Source: a virus
Length of the DNA stretch: 64,000 nt
Strand: one strand, 5' to 3'
Virus record (IMG/VR): IMGVR_UViG_3300043395_003277
Span: 1 to 64,000 of that record
Positions 1 through 8,294 of the stretch are shown piece by piece. Positions within the stretch are counted from its first letter, which is position 1; every line of letters starts with the position of its first letter. A program made the translations under genes and the position numbers. Under the pieces are notes generated by a model, which was not told the origin of the DNA, ran no database searches, and saw only the letters and a list, made by a program, of their open reading frames with translations.

Positions 1-202
1 CTTCCCGAATGCGTTGTGCAGCACCGGGTTCCGGAGGCTTTGGGGCGCCTACAGGTGTTGCACCAGCAGCAGCCGTTTGTTCACCATAATAGGCACGAGG
101 ATCCATGCCAGCTTGCATTAATTGTTGCGGCGTCAGCGGCGGAGCAAAAGGCCTAGAGCCAGTAGGTAATCCTGGAATATTGCCAAACTGCGGCATTAAC
201 AT
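1..202 (-). CDS. hypothetical Pro/Ala-rich protein, 3' end outside window
   Basis: ATG at 202, open to window edge (MLMPQFGNIPGLPTGSRPFAPP...), co-oriented with adjacent virion-type genes. Confidence 0.6.
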   Translation of the reverse strand, partial: MLMPQFGNIPGLPTGSRPFAPPLTPQQLMQAGMDPRAYYGEQTAAAGATPVGAPKPPEPGAAQRIRE

Positions 203-234
203 ATGTATGGAAGTCTGGTATTAAATAGATTCTA

Positions 235-1197
235 TCACTGCATCATTTCATACTGAGCAGTTGTTGGCATGGTTTGTTCTGTTGCTCTTGATGCTAATAC
301 AGAGTTAGCCAAATTACCTGCAATAACACCAGCACCAGAACCCAGTGCCGCTCCAGCAAGGCCGCGACGGAATGCATTCTTAACAGTTGGTGCAGTACGA
401 ATGGCTACCGCTGCACCTGCAATACCGCCAGCCGCTGTTGTAACAGAAGGAATAGTAACTGGATAACCAAGGATTCGAGCTTCTGGTACACCTTGCAAGT
501 TCTCAGGTGTTGCTTTAACGAGACCCATGAACCCATGGTCTTGGTAGTAATTACGCAAATAATTACCGTAACGTTCCGGTGTTAAAGACGGAATATCTTC
601 TTTGGCTGTTTCGTAATTTAACGGACGGCCAGTGCGCCCCAGGAAGAAACGCTCAAACAATTCAGGAACAGGCTGTGAAGTTTGACGGCGATCTTCTGAA
701 CCTTCTTCTGCATATCCTTGAGCAAAACCTTTAGGTCGAAACATCTCCCCTGGGTTCAAGATGTCATATGCGCCAGTTAACGCAGTTGCGGGCAGTGCAA
801 CACCAGCGCCAACAATTAGACCTGTTTTAGTAGGACCAAGTTCTTTATATGCCTTTTCACCAATTGCAGCTTTAGCGCCTTCTTCCAACCATGCGAGGGG
901 GTGGTTATAACGCCAATAAATACCACGCGTACCGTCATTCGTAAGATCGGTCAAAAGACGAGTGCCAAAAGCACCCATTGCCTCGACGGGTGTTTCTTTA
1001 ATAGATACACCCAAGCGACGCAGCTCGTCATGGTAACGCCCACGCAAACCTGGGATGCTTTTAAGAATTGTTGGATTACGTTCAACGTCCTGTTTAATGC
1101 CTGCAGGTAAGTTTGGATCAAACTCAGAAGCAAGTTTTGTCGCTTCTGCACTTTTACGCGCACCCGTTGCAAGTTTGTTGAGAAATTGCTGGAACAT
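235..1197 (-). CDS. putative virion-associated/ejection protein with Gly/Ala-rich hydrophobic segments
   Basis: 320-aa ORF in tightly packed operon; two G/A-rich hydrophobic stretches; function inferred only. Confidence 0.55.
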   Translation of the reverse strand: MFQQFLNKLATGARKSAEATKLASEFDPNLPAGIKQDVERNPTILKSIPGLRGRYHDELRRLGVSIKETPVEAMGAFGTRLLTDLTNDGTRGIYWRYNHPLAWLEEGAKAAIGEKAYKELGPTKTGLIVGAGVALPATALTGAYDILNPGEMFRPKGFAQGYAEEGSEDRRQTSQPVPELFERFFLGRTGRPLNYETAKEDIPSLTPERYGNYLRNYYQDHGFMGLVKATPENLQGVPEARILGYPVTIPSVTTAAGGIAGAAVAIRTAPTVKNAFRRGLAGAALGSGAGVIAGNLANSVLASRATEQTMPTTAQYEMMQ

Positions 1198-1198
1198 A

Positions 1199-1738
1199 TT
1201 ACAGACGGGGTGAGATGACTCCAGAGAGTAAAGCCTGATCTTCTGGGCTTAAATACTGAGTCCAGTTGCCACGTTGATTAAGCAGTTGCTCGAATTGACT
1301 GGCATCTGGCAGCCCTGCCATTTGGAATTGAGTGCCAGGGGAAACAAGCTGTGCTTGAAGCGGAGCATTATTGACAAGTGCTCGTTGTTCAATTTGTTGT
1401 TGAACTTGTGGTGTTTGTGTGTATTGGTTTCCGTACAACATATTGGCAGTCAACATAGTACCGCCAAGTGAACCCGCTATATTTGCTCCCGCTTCTAAAC
1501 CACCCCTTACGGTTTCTGGCTTCATGCCAAGAACTGGATTTTTGATGCGCGAACCCAATGCTTTTGCCGCCAGTACTGCTGGGACGCTGCCAGCAATATC
1601 GCCTAAGCCGTACGCAACGGCGGCGGTCGGGCCTTCCAGAAGACCAAACCCTGCGGACAATAAAGTGCCAGGCGCAACTTCTGCTGCAGTTTTTGGCAAG
1701 TTACGGCCAACAAAATTTAGAAGACGTTGGAATGCCAC
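1199..1738 (-). CDS. putative virion-associated protein, Gly/Ala-rich
   Basis: 179-aa ORF abutting downstream gene; TATAAT about 25 nt upstream on minus strand. Confidence 0.55.
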   Translation of the reverse strand: MAFQRLLNFVGRNLPKTAAEVAPGTLLSAGFGLLEGPTAAVAYGLGDIAGSVPAVLAAKALGSRIKNPVLGMKPETVRGGLEAGANIAGSLGGTMLTANMLYGNQYTQTPQVQQQIEQRALVNNAPLQAQLVSPGTQFQMAGLPDASQFEQLLNQRGNWTQYLSPEDQALLSGVISPRL

Positions 1739-1783
1739 TTATATACTCGTTCTCTTTTTATTATAAAGTGTGGGTATTAAACC

Positions 1784-2377
1784 TTAAGCAGACTTTACTT
1801 CTGGCGCAGAGCGATAATCTGATTTTTCAGAAGGACCATCTGTGGTTTTTTCTTCTGGTTTTGAAGAAATAAGTTGTGAAACAGATTTGTTACCTTCCAG
1901 TTCATTCTTGGCTCTATTTTCAGCAGCTGCCATGATATAACCATTCGGATCCGGATTTGTTAATCGTGGCATTGGATTAGAAACCCGATCATCAGGACTA
2001 AGTGTTGGACTTAAGTTATAGGCATCCATCCACATAGGGTTGTAGCCAGGTTGTTCTTCTGGACGCAGGCGCGTCAGCGGTCGACCAGTATTGAAATCAT
2101 ATTTATCTCTACGAGTAAACCGACCAATATTTGCAAATACTTCGTATTCTTCCGGTTGATCACCAACAAAGTTAAGGCTGGGATTAAGCCTTAACTTGCG
2201 CGTTTGAATTTTTCGCAGAAGGTCTGAAGTCTCAAACCTACTTGGCATCCAAGGCGCAGCGCCTGTCGATGCTTTTGCCGAAAAGAGATCGTCAAAATTA
2301 AGTTGTTTTTTCTGCGCAAAGACATCTTTTGAGTAGTCGATATAACGACCAAGGTCTAAGCGATAATCTTTGGCCAT
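1784..2377 (-). CDS. hypothetical protein
   Basis: 197-aa ORF, start overlaps upstream stop (TGATG). Confidence 0.7.
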   Translation of the reverse strand: MAKDYRLDLGRYIDYSKDVFAQKKQLNFDDLFSAKASTGAAPWMPSRFETSDLLRKIQTRKLRLNPSLNFVGDQPEEYEVFANIGRFTRRDKYDFNTGRPLTRLRPEEQPGYNPMWMDAYNLSPTLSPDDRVSNPMPRLTNPDPNGYIMAAAENRAKNELEGNKSVSQLISSKPEEKTTDGPSEKSDYRSAPEVKSA

Positions 2378-2601
2378 CAGCTTTCAGGTTTGTTGTCTTT
2401 CTTCTTTTTTAACCCTACCAGTGTTTTGCGAAGCCGTGCTTGTTTTACCGTTTTTTCGTCATACTTTTCTGGATTAGACAAAACATTCTCCTGCAGCTGA
2501 GCAGAAGTAATACCTTTACGCCGAGCTTTAGCTGTGAAGGCACCCTCCTTCATCTCCATGCCCTGAATCCATTTTTTGTCTTTCTTTTTTTCTTCAGCCA
2601 T
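2377..2601 (-). CDS. small basic phage protein (KWIQ...GAFTAKA...KQARL.KTL type)
   Basis: 74 aa, Lys-rich, motif pattern common in aquatic phage late regions. Confidence 0.7.
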   Translation of the reverse strand: MAEEKKKDKKWIQGMEMKEGAFTAKARRKGITSAQLQENVLSNPEKYDEKTVKQARLRKTLVGLKKKKDNKPES

Positions 2602-2602
2602 G

Positions 2603-4228
2603 TCAGATAGAACCCCTTAAAGTCTGGACGTATTCGATAAGTTTTTGTTGTGCAACTTCTTTGGGATAGCTCTGCATGATTCTTGTCATATCACGAGAAA
2701 CATCGACAGAGCGGCGAGCTGCAAGTTGTTGCTGCATTGCTTTTGCTTGCGCAGGCGGTGCAGATTCACTAATACGAATTATATCCGCATCAGATAAACC
2801 GGAGAACGGATTACGTTTTTGTTGGCCGCGTGAGACGGCGGTAGGTTTACGATATGCCGCTTCAGAGTATTCGCCAGTAACTTTGCTTTGCGCTCCAGGT
2901 ACATACGCCGGCTCAATGCCGTAAACACCAATTCCAGGCGTTACTTCATTTGCCTCTGGACGAATACGATCCAGAGCGGAATACATGATTTCTTGTTTGG
3001 AAGGACCCGTCTCACCTTCTGGTAATGAATATGATTTACCCGCTGTTGCTTGCGATAACCACTCTGGAACATAACCACCTGTTGCCCTCTGACTACCAGG
3101 TACATCTGGGCCGAGTTCCGGGGGAATGTTTGCGGCGGTGGGCGATAACTGCCGTGGGCGATCTTCTGTCGTAAAGATTTGATAGCTGGGGGATGCACCA
3201 CGAATAGCACCTCCGGCAGCAGTTTTAGTAATCCGTGCTTCTGGCCCAATGTTTAAAGCAGTGCGTTCTGGAATGGGACCAAGAGCCTCTTCTTCGCTTA
3301 AAGCCATTAAACGATTAAAAGCATCCATCTGACCTTCGGTCATCTGAACGCGAAGCTCACCGCGTGTAGGGCCGTAACCTCGATTGATATTGTTTAAGCG
3401 TTGGCTAATAAAACTTGATGTAGCTTCCTCAACTTTTTCTTGGTCAGTCAAACGTTGTAACTGAAGATTCTCACGGTTAATGATTTGGTTTGTACCAGAT
3501 TCAACCGCGTTATTAAATTGGTTAAGATTGAGTGGTTTAGAAGCATTTTGAATAGAAGTTAAAGTATTTAGTCCAAGAGATAATTGTTCAGGTGCAATAG
3601 AAAGAGATCGAGAGGGTGCTTGATATTGCAGCTCGCCAGTAACAATATCTCCAGTTGTAACCCCTGGGTAACGCACACCCATCAAAGTTGGCTTAATATT
3701 TGGAATCTCCAGCTGATAAGGCATGCTGCGTTGTTGAGCAGCTTGAAGAAGATTTTGTGTTGCAGCTTGACGCCGTGCTTCGGCAACGTCACGACTAATA
3801 AATTCTTTTGGATCAGGTCTAAATGCTTGATATTCTTCATCAACCGCTACGGAAGGCGGCATTTTACTAGGAGCGGGTTGTGATGCTCCAGGGATAGTGG
3901 CAGCAGAAGCTTGGCGTACTGCTTCAACATTACCCAAATCAACTTGGCGTACTCCAGCGGTAGCAGAACGGCCCGTAGCTTTAGGGATCTGTCGCCCACG
4001 ACCAAGTAATCTGGCAGCACCAAACCCCAAACCAGCTAACGCACCCACAGCGGCTGCTGCAGTACCAAGAGCAGCCAGTGGGTTTGACTCTTGTTGGGAA
4101 GATTTTAATTGATTGCGGCGAAATTCAAGTACCTCTGGAGCTAACTGAGCCCTTTCTTCTGGATCTTCTGGTATTGAAACACCGGTGGCACGGCTATAAG
4201 CATAAAAGTCAGCTGGTGCTAAAGCCAT
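2603..4228 (-). CDS. putative virion-associated protein
   Basis: 541-aa ORF, N-terminal hydrophobic Ala/Gly helix followed by low-complexity region. Confidence 0.6.
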   Translation of the reverse strand: MALAPADFYAYSRATGVSIPEDPEERAQLAPEVLEFRRNQLKSSQQESNPLAALGTAAAAVGALAGLGFGAARLLGRGRQIPKATGRSATAGVRQVDLGNVEAVRQASAATIPGASQPAPSKMPPSVAVDEEYQAFRPDPKEFISRDVAEARRQAATQNLLQAAQQRSMPYQLEIPNIKPTLMGVRYPGVTTGDIVTGELQYQAPSRSLSIAPEQLSLGLNTLTSIQNASKPLNLNQFNNAVESGTNQIINRENLQLQRLTDQEKVEEATSSFISQRLNNINRGYGPTRGELRVQMTEGQMDAFNRLMALSEEEALGPIPERTALNIGPEARITKTAAGGAIRGASPSYQIFTTEDRPRQLSPTAANIPPELGPDVPGSQRATGGYVPEWLSQATAGKSYSLPEGETGPSKQEIMYSALDRIRPEANEVTPGIGVYGIEPAYVPGAQSKVTGEYSEAAYRKPTAVSRGQQKRNPFSGLSDADIIRISESAPPAQAKAMQQQLAARRSVDVSRDMTRIMQSYPKEVAQQKLIEYVQTLRGSI

Positions 4229-4339
4229 TTGATACCTTATTTGTAATTCTGCTTGCTATTTGCATTCTAAACGTAAAAAACCAGGAGAAAAATAAATACA
4301 GTAGACTGTTATCAGCAAAAGTGCTTTGATAACGGCAAA

Positions 4340-4552
4340 ATGGATCCTAAGAACCGGTTGGAAAGAGGCATTGCTCTAACCGCAATTGCAGACAAAGCCG
4401 AAGAAATGGAAAAAAAGGGTGTTGATAACCTTACAGTCACCAATTTTATTATTGGCGCACGCGATAAACTAAATCAAGAGCGTCCTGATTTGGAAAAAAG
4501 GGCAAAAGCTGCGACTGCAGCCGTGAAATGGGCTAGAACAAATATTGATTAA
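4340..4552 (+). CDS. hypothetical protein
   Basis: 70-aa ORF followed by an intrinsic terminator. Confidence 0.6.
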   Translation: MDPKNRLERGIALTAIADKAEEMEKKGVDNLTVTNFIIGARDKLNQERPDLEKRAKAATAAVKWARTNID

Positions 4553-4578
4553 GATCAAAAACTTAAAATTTGATAAAC

Positions 4579-4603
4579 GCCAGGGATAAAACCCTGGCTT
4601 TTT
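4579..4603 (+). terminator. intrinsic terminator
   Basis: GCCAGGG-ATAAAA-CCCTGGC followed by TTTTT. Confidence 0.8.
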
Positions 4604-4809
4604 GTTTAAAAATTAGGGCAAAACCCTAGATATACCGACACTTTTGTCAAAAAAACCGGCCTCATATAGCACCCAAAAAGGAAAATAAAATTTCTGGGCC
4701 TTCTCCAGACCCCTACGCGACACGTAATGTGTATAGAAAAAAAGAAAGGGGGTGATGGTCAAGGAAAGGATAGGGTGGGGTATAGTGGTGCGAATTTTGG
4801 ATAAATTAT

Positions 4810-4824
4810 TGAGAATGATTATCA
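4810..4824. promoter_or_regulatory. Fur/PerR-box-like 7-1-7 inverted repeat
   Basis: TGAGAAT-G-ATTATCA, 14/15 match to TGATAATnATTATCA, in the non-coding junction ahead of the early region. Confidence 0.35.
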
Positions 4825-4983
4825 ACAAGACGCGCAATTAACACGTAAATACATAACGATATCGTTATATGATCATATTATTATGTTGCGTATAGGACTC
4901 TGCTGCTCCGCCCTCTCCCCTTTGCCAGACAGGACAGTCACTCAACAGGAACTTAGATATCAATTGTGATTACATTGACTCAT

Positions 4984-5008
4984 CGTCGAGCTGGACGTTA
5001 AACGTAGC
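4984..5008 (+). ncRNA. mini-pseudoknot element, copy 1 (degenerate)
   Basis: CGTC-GA-GCTG-GACG-TTAAAC-G-TAGC. Confidence 0.5.
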
Positions 5009-5039
5009 AACTTCAACTCAACACCAACTCAACTGAATC

Positions 5040-5225
5040 ATGATTAAAGCTCAACTGTTTATCTTTGTTTTGTTCACTGCCATTACTGCTGGCGCAGCCA
5101 GTCAAGTCGGTATACATCTACTTGATAAAGCAACTGCTCGTCAGTGCCAGGCTAACGATTGGCCTGAAGAACTTGATCGCACTCACAAGGACTGGTGCGT
5201 AGACAACGGCTACAAGATTAACTGA
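5040..5225 (+). CDS. small membrane-anchored early protein
   Basis: 61 aa, N-terminal hydrophobic helix, two Cys; TCAAC-rich leader. Confidence 0.7.
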   Translation: MIKAQLFIFVLFTAITAGAASQVGIHLLDKATARQCQANDWPEELDRTHKDWCVDNGYKIN

Positions 5226-5274
5226 CTCCTGCTCTGGGGACTACGGTCCCCTCAACAGGACTCAACATCCTGTA
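5223..5274 (+). repeat. double-hairpin intergenic element A, copy 1
   Basis: TGACTCCTGCTCT-[GGGGAC TACG GTCCCC]-TCAA-CAGGA-CTCAACA-TCCTGTA. Confidence 0.85.
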
Positions 5275-5294
5275 TACATTATTACTACCACATC

Positions 5295-5492
5295 ATGGAC
5301 AAAGCATTCACTCAAGCTTGCATTGCAATGATCATGGGCACTGGCATTGGCATGCTGTTGTCTGTTGGCGGGCAGAAGATGCTTAACCAACATGCACTCA
5401 AGACATGTCCAAGTAAGTCAGGGCACCAACTTGTAATGCTCACCAGCTTTATTGGTGATGCATTCTATTGCGTTGATAAGCGTTACCTTTGA
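5295..5492 (+). CDS. small membrane-anchored early protein
   Basis: 65 aa, same architecture as 5040-5225 (TM helix, Cys pair). Confidence 0.7.
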   Translation: MDKAFTQACIAMIMGTGIGMLLSVGGQKMLNQHALKTCPSKSGHQLVMLTSFIGDAFYCVDKRYL

Positions 5493-5541
5493 CTCCTGCT
5501 CTGGGGCCACTTGGCCCCTCAACAGGACTCAACATCCTGTA
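5490..5541 (+). repeat. double-hairpin intergenic element A, copy 2
   Basis: TGACTCCTGCTCT-[GGGGCC ACTT GGCCCC]-TCAA-CAGGA-CTCAACA-TCCTGTA. Confidence 0.85.
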
Positions 5542-5561
5542 TTCACCAGCTCATCACAATC

Positions 5562-5801
5562 ATGTTCATTTATCAACCTTGCGAAGAAGCATGTGATCGC
5601 ATTGTCTGGTACGGTGGTGAATCAACTCAACTTCACTACGAAGTGTTCACCGAACGAAGCGAGTGGATCGAACTATCAGTTCGTACACTTGGCGGCGGTA
5701 TACCCATAGGTGTCGGTGCACTTCATGCAGAGATGGTTGATTACTACAACGACTGCAATGCAGGTATCACAATGCTTGCTGATGCATTTATGGAGGACTG
5801 A
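5562..5801 (+). CDS. hypothetical early protein
   Basis: ATG at 5562 after element A and a CA-rich leader (the track's TTG start lies inside the repeat). Confidence 0.7.
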   Translation: MFIYQPCEEACDRIVWYGGESTQLHYEVFTERSEWIELSVRTLGGGIPIGVGALHAEMVDYYNDCNAGITMLADAFMED

Positions 5802-5856
5802 CTTCTGCACTTTCCCATCCGCAAGGATGGGTTACTGCAGGACTCAACATCCTGTA
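5799..5856 (+). repeat. double-hairpin intergenic element A, copy 3
   Basis: TGACTTCTGCACT-TT-[CCCATCC GCAA GGATGGG]-TTACTG-CAGGA-CTCAACA-TCCTGTA. Confidence 0.85.
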
Positions 5857-5879
5857 CACATTCAACTCAACTCAGCACC

Positions 5880-6308
5880 ATGACATTCACACCTGCTACT
5901 GACACTGCTGAACTCAAGCAGTACGCAGACTCGCAACAAGTCCAGTTCTCTGGACGCATTGCGTTTATTAAGCAGTACACCAACGAAGCAGACAACTCTG
6001 TATTCGTTGCTATCAAACTAATTCATAATCTGAACTCCATGGTTCAGATCACTGTTACATTTACGAATAGCAACGGCCTTAACACTGCATACTCCAACGG
6101 CAATCTCGTTGTCGGTCAAGAGTTGCGTGTCTACGGACGTATCACTGGTATTCGTACGACATACCAAGATCAAGATGGACAGCTCCAGGTGCTCAAGCGA
6201 CCCGAGCTACAGCTGACTGTAAGGGATTACGAGTTCGGTCGTAAGCCTGCAGCAAAGACTGAAGCACCGGCCAAGGTTGAGCCAACCCTGGAAGAAATCC
6301 CATTCTGA
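5880..6308 (+). CDS. single-stranded DNA-binding protein-like (single OB fold)
   Basis: beta-rich pattern with G.EL.V.GRI motif and acidic C-terminal LEEIPF tail typical of SSBs. Confidence 0.6.
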   Translation: MTFTPATDTAELKQYADSQQVQFSGRIAFIKQYTNEADNSVFVAIKLIHNLNSMVQITVTFTNSNGLNTAYSNGNLVVGQELRVYGRITGIRTTYQDQDGQLQVLKRPELQLTVRDYEFGRKPAAKTEAPAKVEPTLEEIPF

Positions 6309-6310
6309 TC

Positions 6311-6387
6311 TGATTCCTGCACTTAACCCTTCCGTTGATGCAACCCTGTATCAGCGGTGGGTTTTCTGCAGGATTCAACATCCTGCA
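6311..6387 (+). repeat. double-hairpin intergenic element A, copy 4
   Basis: TGATTCCTGCACT-[longer hairpin CCGTTGATGCA ACCC TGTATCAGCGG]-TTTCTG-CAGGA-TTCAACA-TCCTGCA. Confidence 0.8.
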
Positions 6388-6412
6388 ATTCAATTACCCA
6401 ACATCTCAACAC

Positions 6413-6571
6413 ATGCGCAAATTCATTAACAAGATCTTCTATTCATTGGGATACGTCCCAATAGCAGAATACGAGAAGGTTTGTTACCACCGCCGTAATC
6501 TGCAACGTCTGGTACTTGATTACCAAGACGGCAAGATCAAGCCCGCTCCTAGTTTCGAAATCTACCGATGA
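6413..6571 (+). CDS. hypothetical early protein
   Basis: ATG at 6413 after TCTCAACAC leader. Confidence 0.6.
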   Translation: MRKFINKIFYSLGYVPIAEYEKVCYHRRNLQRLVLDYQDGKIKPAPSFEIYR

Positions 6572-6777
6572 AACATACCGTACGCCTCGGCAAAAACCAG
6601 TACATCAATCTGGATTCTTATGGTGAGTCTAATAAGACTCGACGGATCAACAACCTGATGGTCGCATTCCTTGCGGTACTCATCAGTGTTGTAACTGTAC
6701 CAGCCATGCTGGGCATCGACATCACATCACCTAACACCACAACTCAACATGAGCATCCACATCGCACTCGTCACTGA
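6568..6777 (+). CDS. small membrane protein
   Basis: ATGA overlap, single hydrophobic helix. Confidence 0.6.
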   Translation: MKHTVRLGKNQYINLDSYGESNKTRRINNLMVAFLAVLISVVTVPAMLGIDITSPNTTTQHEHPHRTRH

Positions 6778-6976
6778 CGCATCCGGTCGCTACGCCCACG
6801 TCTGGGGCGAAGCTCCAAGCTGGGGCAAGTTCCTTAATCAACTCGAAGACGTTGGCTGCGAGGTGATCGAGGAACAGACGGAAGACTGGGAAGACAGTAC
6901 TCAAGATGAGATTGCTGAAGACTGCCTGTCAGTCCATCAGCTGCTCAATGACACTGACTTCATACCCCACGACTAG
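6749..6976 (+). CDS. acidic hypothetical protein
   Basis: 75 aa, ACAACTCAAC leader. Confidence 0.7.
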   Translation: MSIHIALVTDASGRYAHVWGEAPSWGKFLNQLEDVGCEVIEEQTEDWEDSTQDEIAEDCLSVHQLLNDTDFIPHD

Positions 6977-7060
6977 TGTCCTGAATCTGAACAATAGCTA
7001 GTGGTGGTACTTGCCACTTGGCTTACCGCCGCTAGCCTGCATACGATTCCAATTCAACCC

Positions 7061-7486
7061 ATGGAAGCTCTCTCTCAACTCGACGTTCAATCACCTGATC
7101 ACGTCTCTGTGATTACCAGGGATGGCAAGGTCACAATCTCCGTCATCAAAGACGGAACATCAGTGACTCTTGGCTTCCCACTCAAGAACATAACCTTTGA
7201 TACAACTCCCCGTCCTCCCCTCCAACAGCCAGCGCCAAAGGTAATGGCTGTTAAGAGTGTTACCAAGACTTCAAGAGATAATGCTTCGACAGGTTATCGC
7301 TTTGCTCAGAAACTCACAGAAGATAAGGTGAAAGAACTCAAGCAAATCCTTGCAGATCCAGAGCTTATGTCCAAGTTCACAAGCAAGACCAAGGCTTATT
7401 ACGAACTTGGTCGCATCTATGGTGTCAGCCATTGTCGCATCTCACAGATTGCCAATGGTAACGGCTGGAACCACGTACAGCCTTGA
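7061..7486 (+). CDS. protein with C-terminal helix-turn-helix
   Basis: KLTEDKV...ELGRIYGVSHCRISQIANGNGWNHV matches the HTH tail seen on phage HNH proteins; ATG at 7061. Confidence 0.6.
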   Translation: MEALSQLDVQSPDHVSVITRDGKVTISVIKDGTSVTLGFPLKNITFDTTPRPPLQQPAPKVMAVKSVTKTSRDNASTGYRFAQKLTEDKVKELKQILADPELMSKFTSKTKAYYELGRIYGVSHCRISQIANGNGWNHVQP

Positions 7487-7515
7487 CACCGCAGTAGTAC
7501 ATAATTACTACGACT

Positions 7516-7605
7516 GGACCTGGACACACGCGGTGTGGATTCAATGAGATCAAAGAGTTATCTTTGTATTTCTTTGGATCCGCCTGCGGCGTCCTTAAAC
7601 TGTCC
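7516..7605 (+). ncRNA. mini-pseudoknot element, copy 2, carrying a 64-nt hairpin insert
   Basis: GGAC-CT-GGACA-[insert 7527-7590 folding as one long hairpin]-GTCC-TTAAAC-TGTCC. Confidence 0.7.
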
Positions 7606-7628
7606 ATTTACTTTATTCAATTCAACTC

Positions 7629-7820
7629 ATGAACGACCTTAATTTTATTGATGAACAACGCAGTGCTGACTTGCTGGATGCAATGGCCGACATTGCAGAC
7701 GAACAAGAGCAAGCCATGCGTGAATCACTTCAATCTGAATGGTCCCTCATCGAAGATGAAGATGGAACATTCATTGGATTTACTGTAACCAACACACATG
7801 AAGACGATGACCAAACTTAA
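7629..7820 (+). CDS. acidic hypothetical protein
   Basis: 63 aa, TTCAATTCAACTC leader. Confidence 0.65.
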   Translation: MNDLNFIDEQRSADLLDAMADIADEQEQAMRESLQSEWSLIEDEDGTFIGFTVTNTHEDDDQT

Positions 7821-8238
7821 TTACACACTGAAACAAGCATGGGATGACGGTGACATCATCGTCATCCTGATCACTATCATTTCAATCATCATTACGGAGT
7901 TTGCATCATGTCTTACATCTCAGAACTCAAGAAGTTCTACCCCAAAACCTACAAAGCTCGTTACGCAATCAACGCCTACGACACCCACAAGTACTTCGAA
8001 CACGAAGATCCAACGGTCATCACCATCCACGAAACCACGCTCAACTACGGTGGGCCTGAAGAAGGTGGATGGTGGTACCAAGCAGGATACCCAGTCCGAA
8101 GCCACTGTATCTTCTCCAAGAAGCAGGCGATCCAAACCTTCATCCAGTACTTCGAAGAGTACGAAATCGAAGGCCAGCCATCTCTTGGAGATTCAACAAC
8201 TTACTTCAACATCGAACTTGGTTTCTCAAACGGACTAG
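7807..8238 (+). CDS. possible membrane-anchored Ser/Thr/Lys-rich protein overprinted on next gene
   Basis: non-overlapped 5' part encodes an Ile-rich TM helix; frame stays open across 7908-8238. Confidence 0.35.
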   Translation: MTKLNYTLKQAWDDGDIIVILITIISIIITEFASCLTSQNSRSSTPKPTKLVTQSTPTTPTSTSNTKIQRSSPSTKPRSTTVGLKKVDGGTKQDTQSEATVSSPRSRRSKPSSSTSKSTKSKASHLLEIQQLTSTSNLVSQTD

Positions 8239-8276
8239 CTAAACGCTATCCTGCGGAGCGTCCACACTACTGCTGA
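7908..8276 (+). CDS. phage protein with YGGPEEGGWWY motif
   Basis: motif recurrent in phage early proteins of unknown function. Confidence 0.75.
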   Translation: MSYISELKKFYPKTYKARYAINAYDTHKYFEHEDPTVITIHETTLNYGGPEEGGWWYQAGYPVRSHCIFSKKQAIQTFIQYFEEYEIEGQPSLGDSTTYFNIELGFSNGLAKRYPAERPHYC

Positions 8277-8294
8277 ATTCAAACTCAACGCAAC

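Noticed and set aside
4613-4837. 74-aa minus-strand ORF in the junction
   Set aside because: Low-complexity translation of skewed non-coding tracts with a non-ATG start and no supporting signals.
5223-6387. CRISPR array interpretation of element A repeats
   Set aside because: The intervals are 200-450 nt intact genes, the repeats vary internally, and no cas operon is present.
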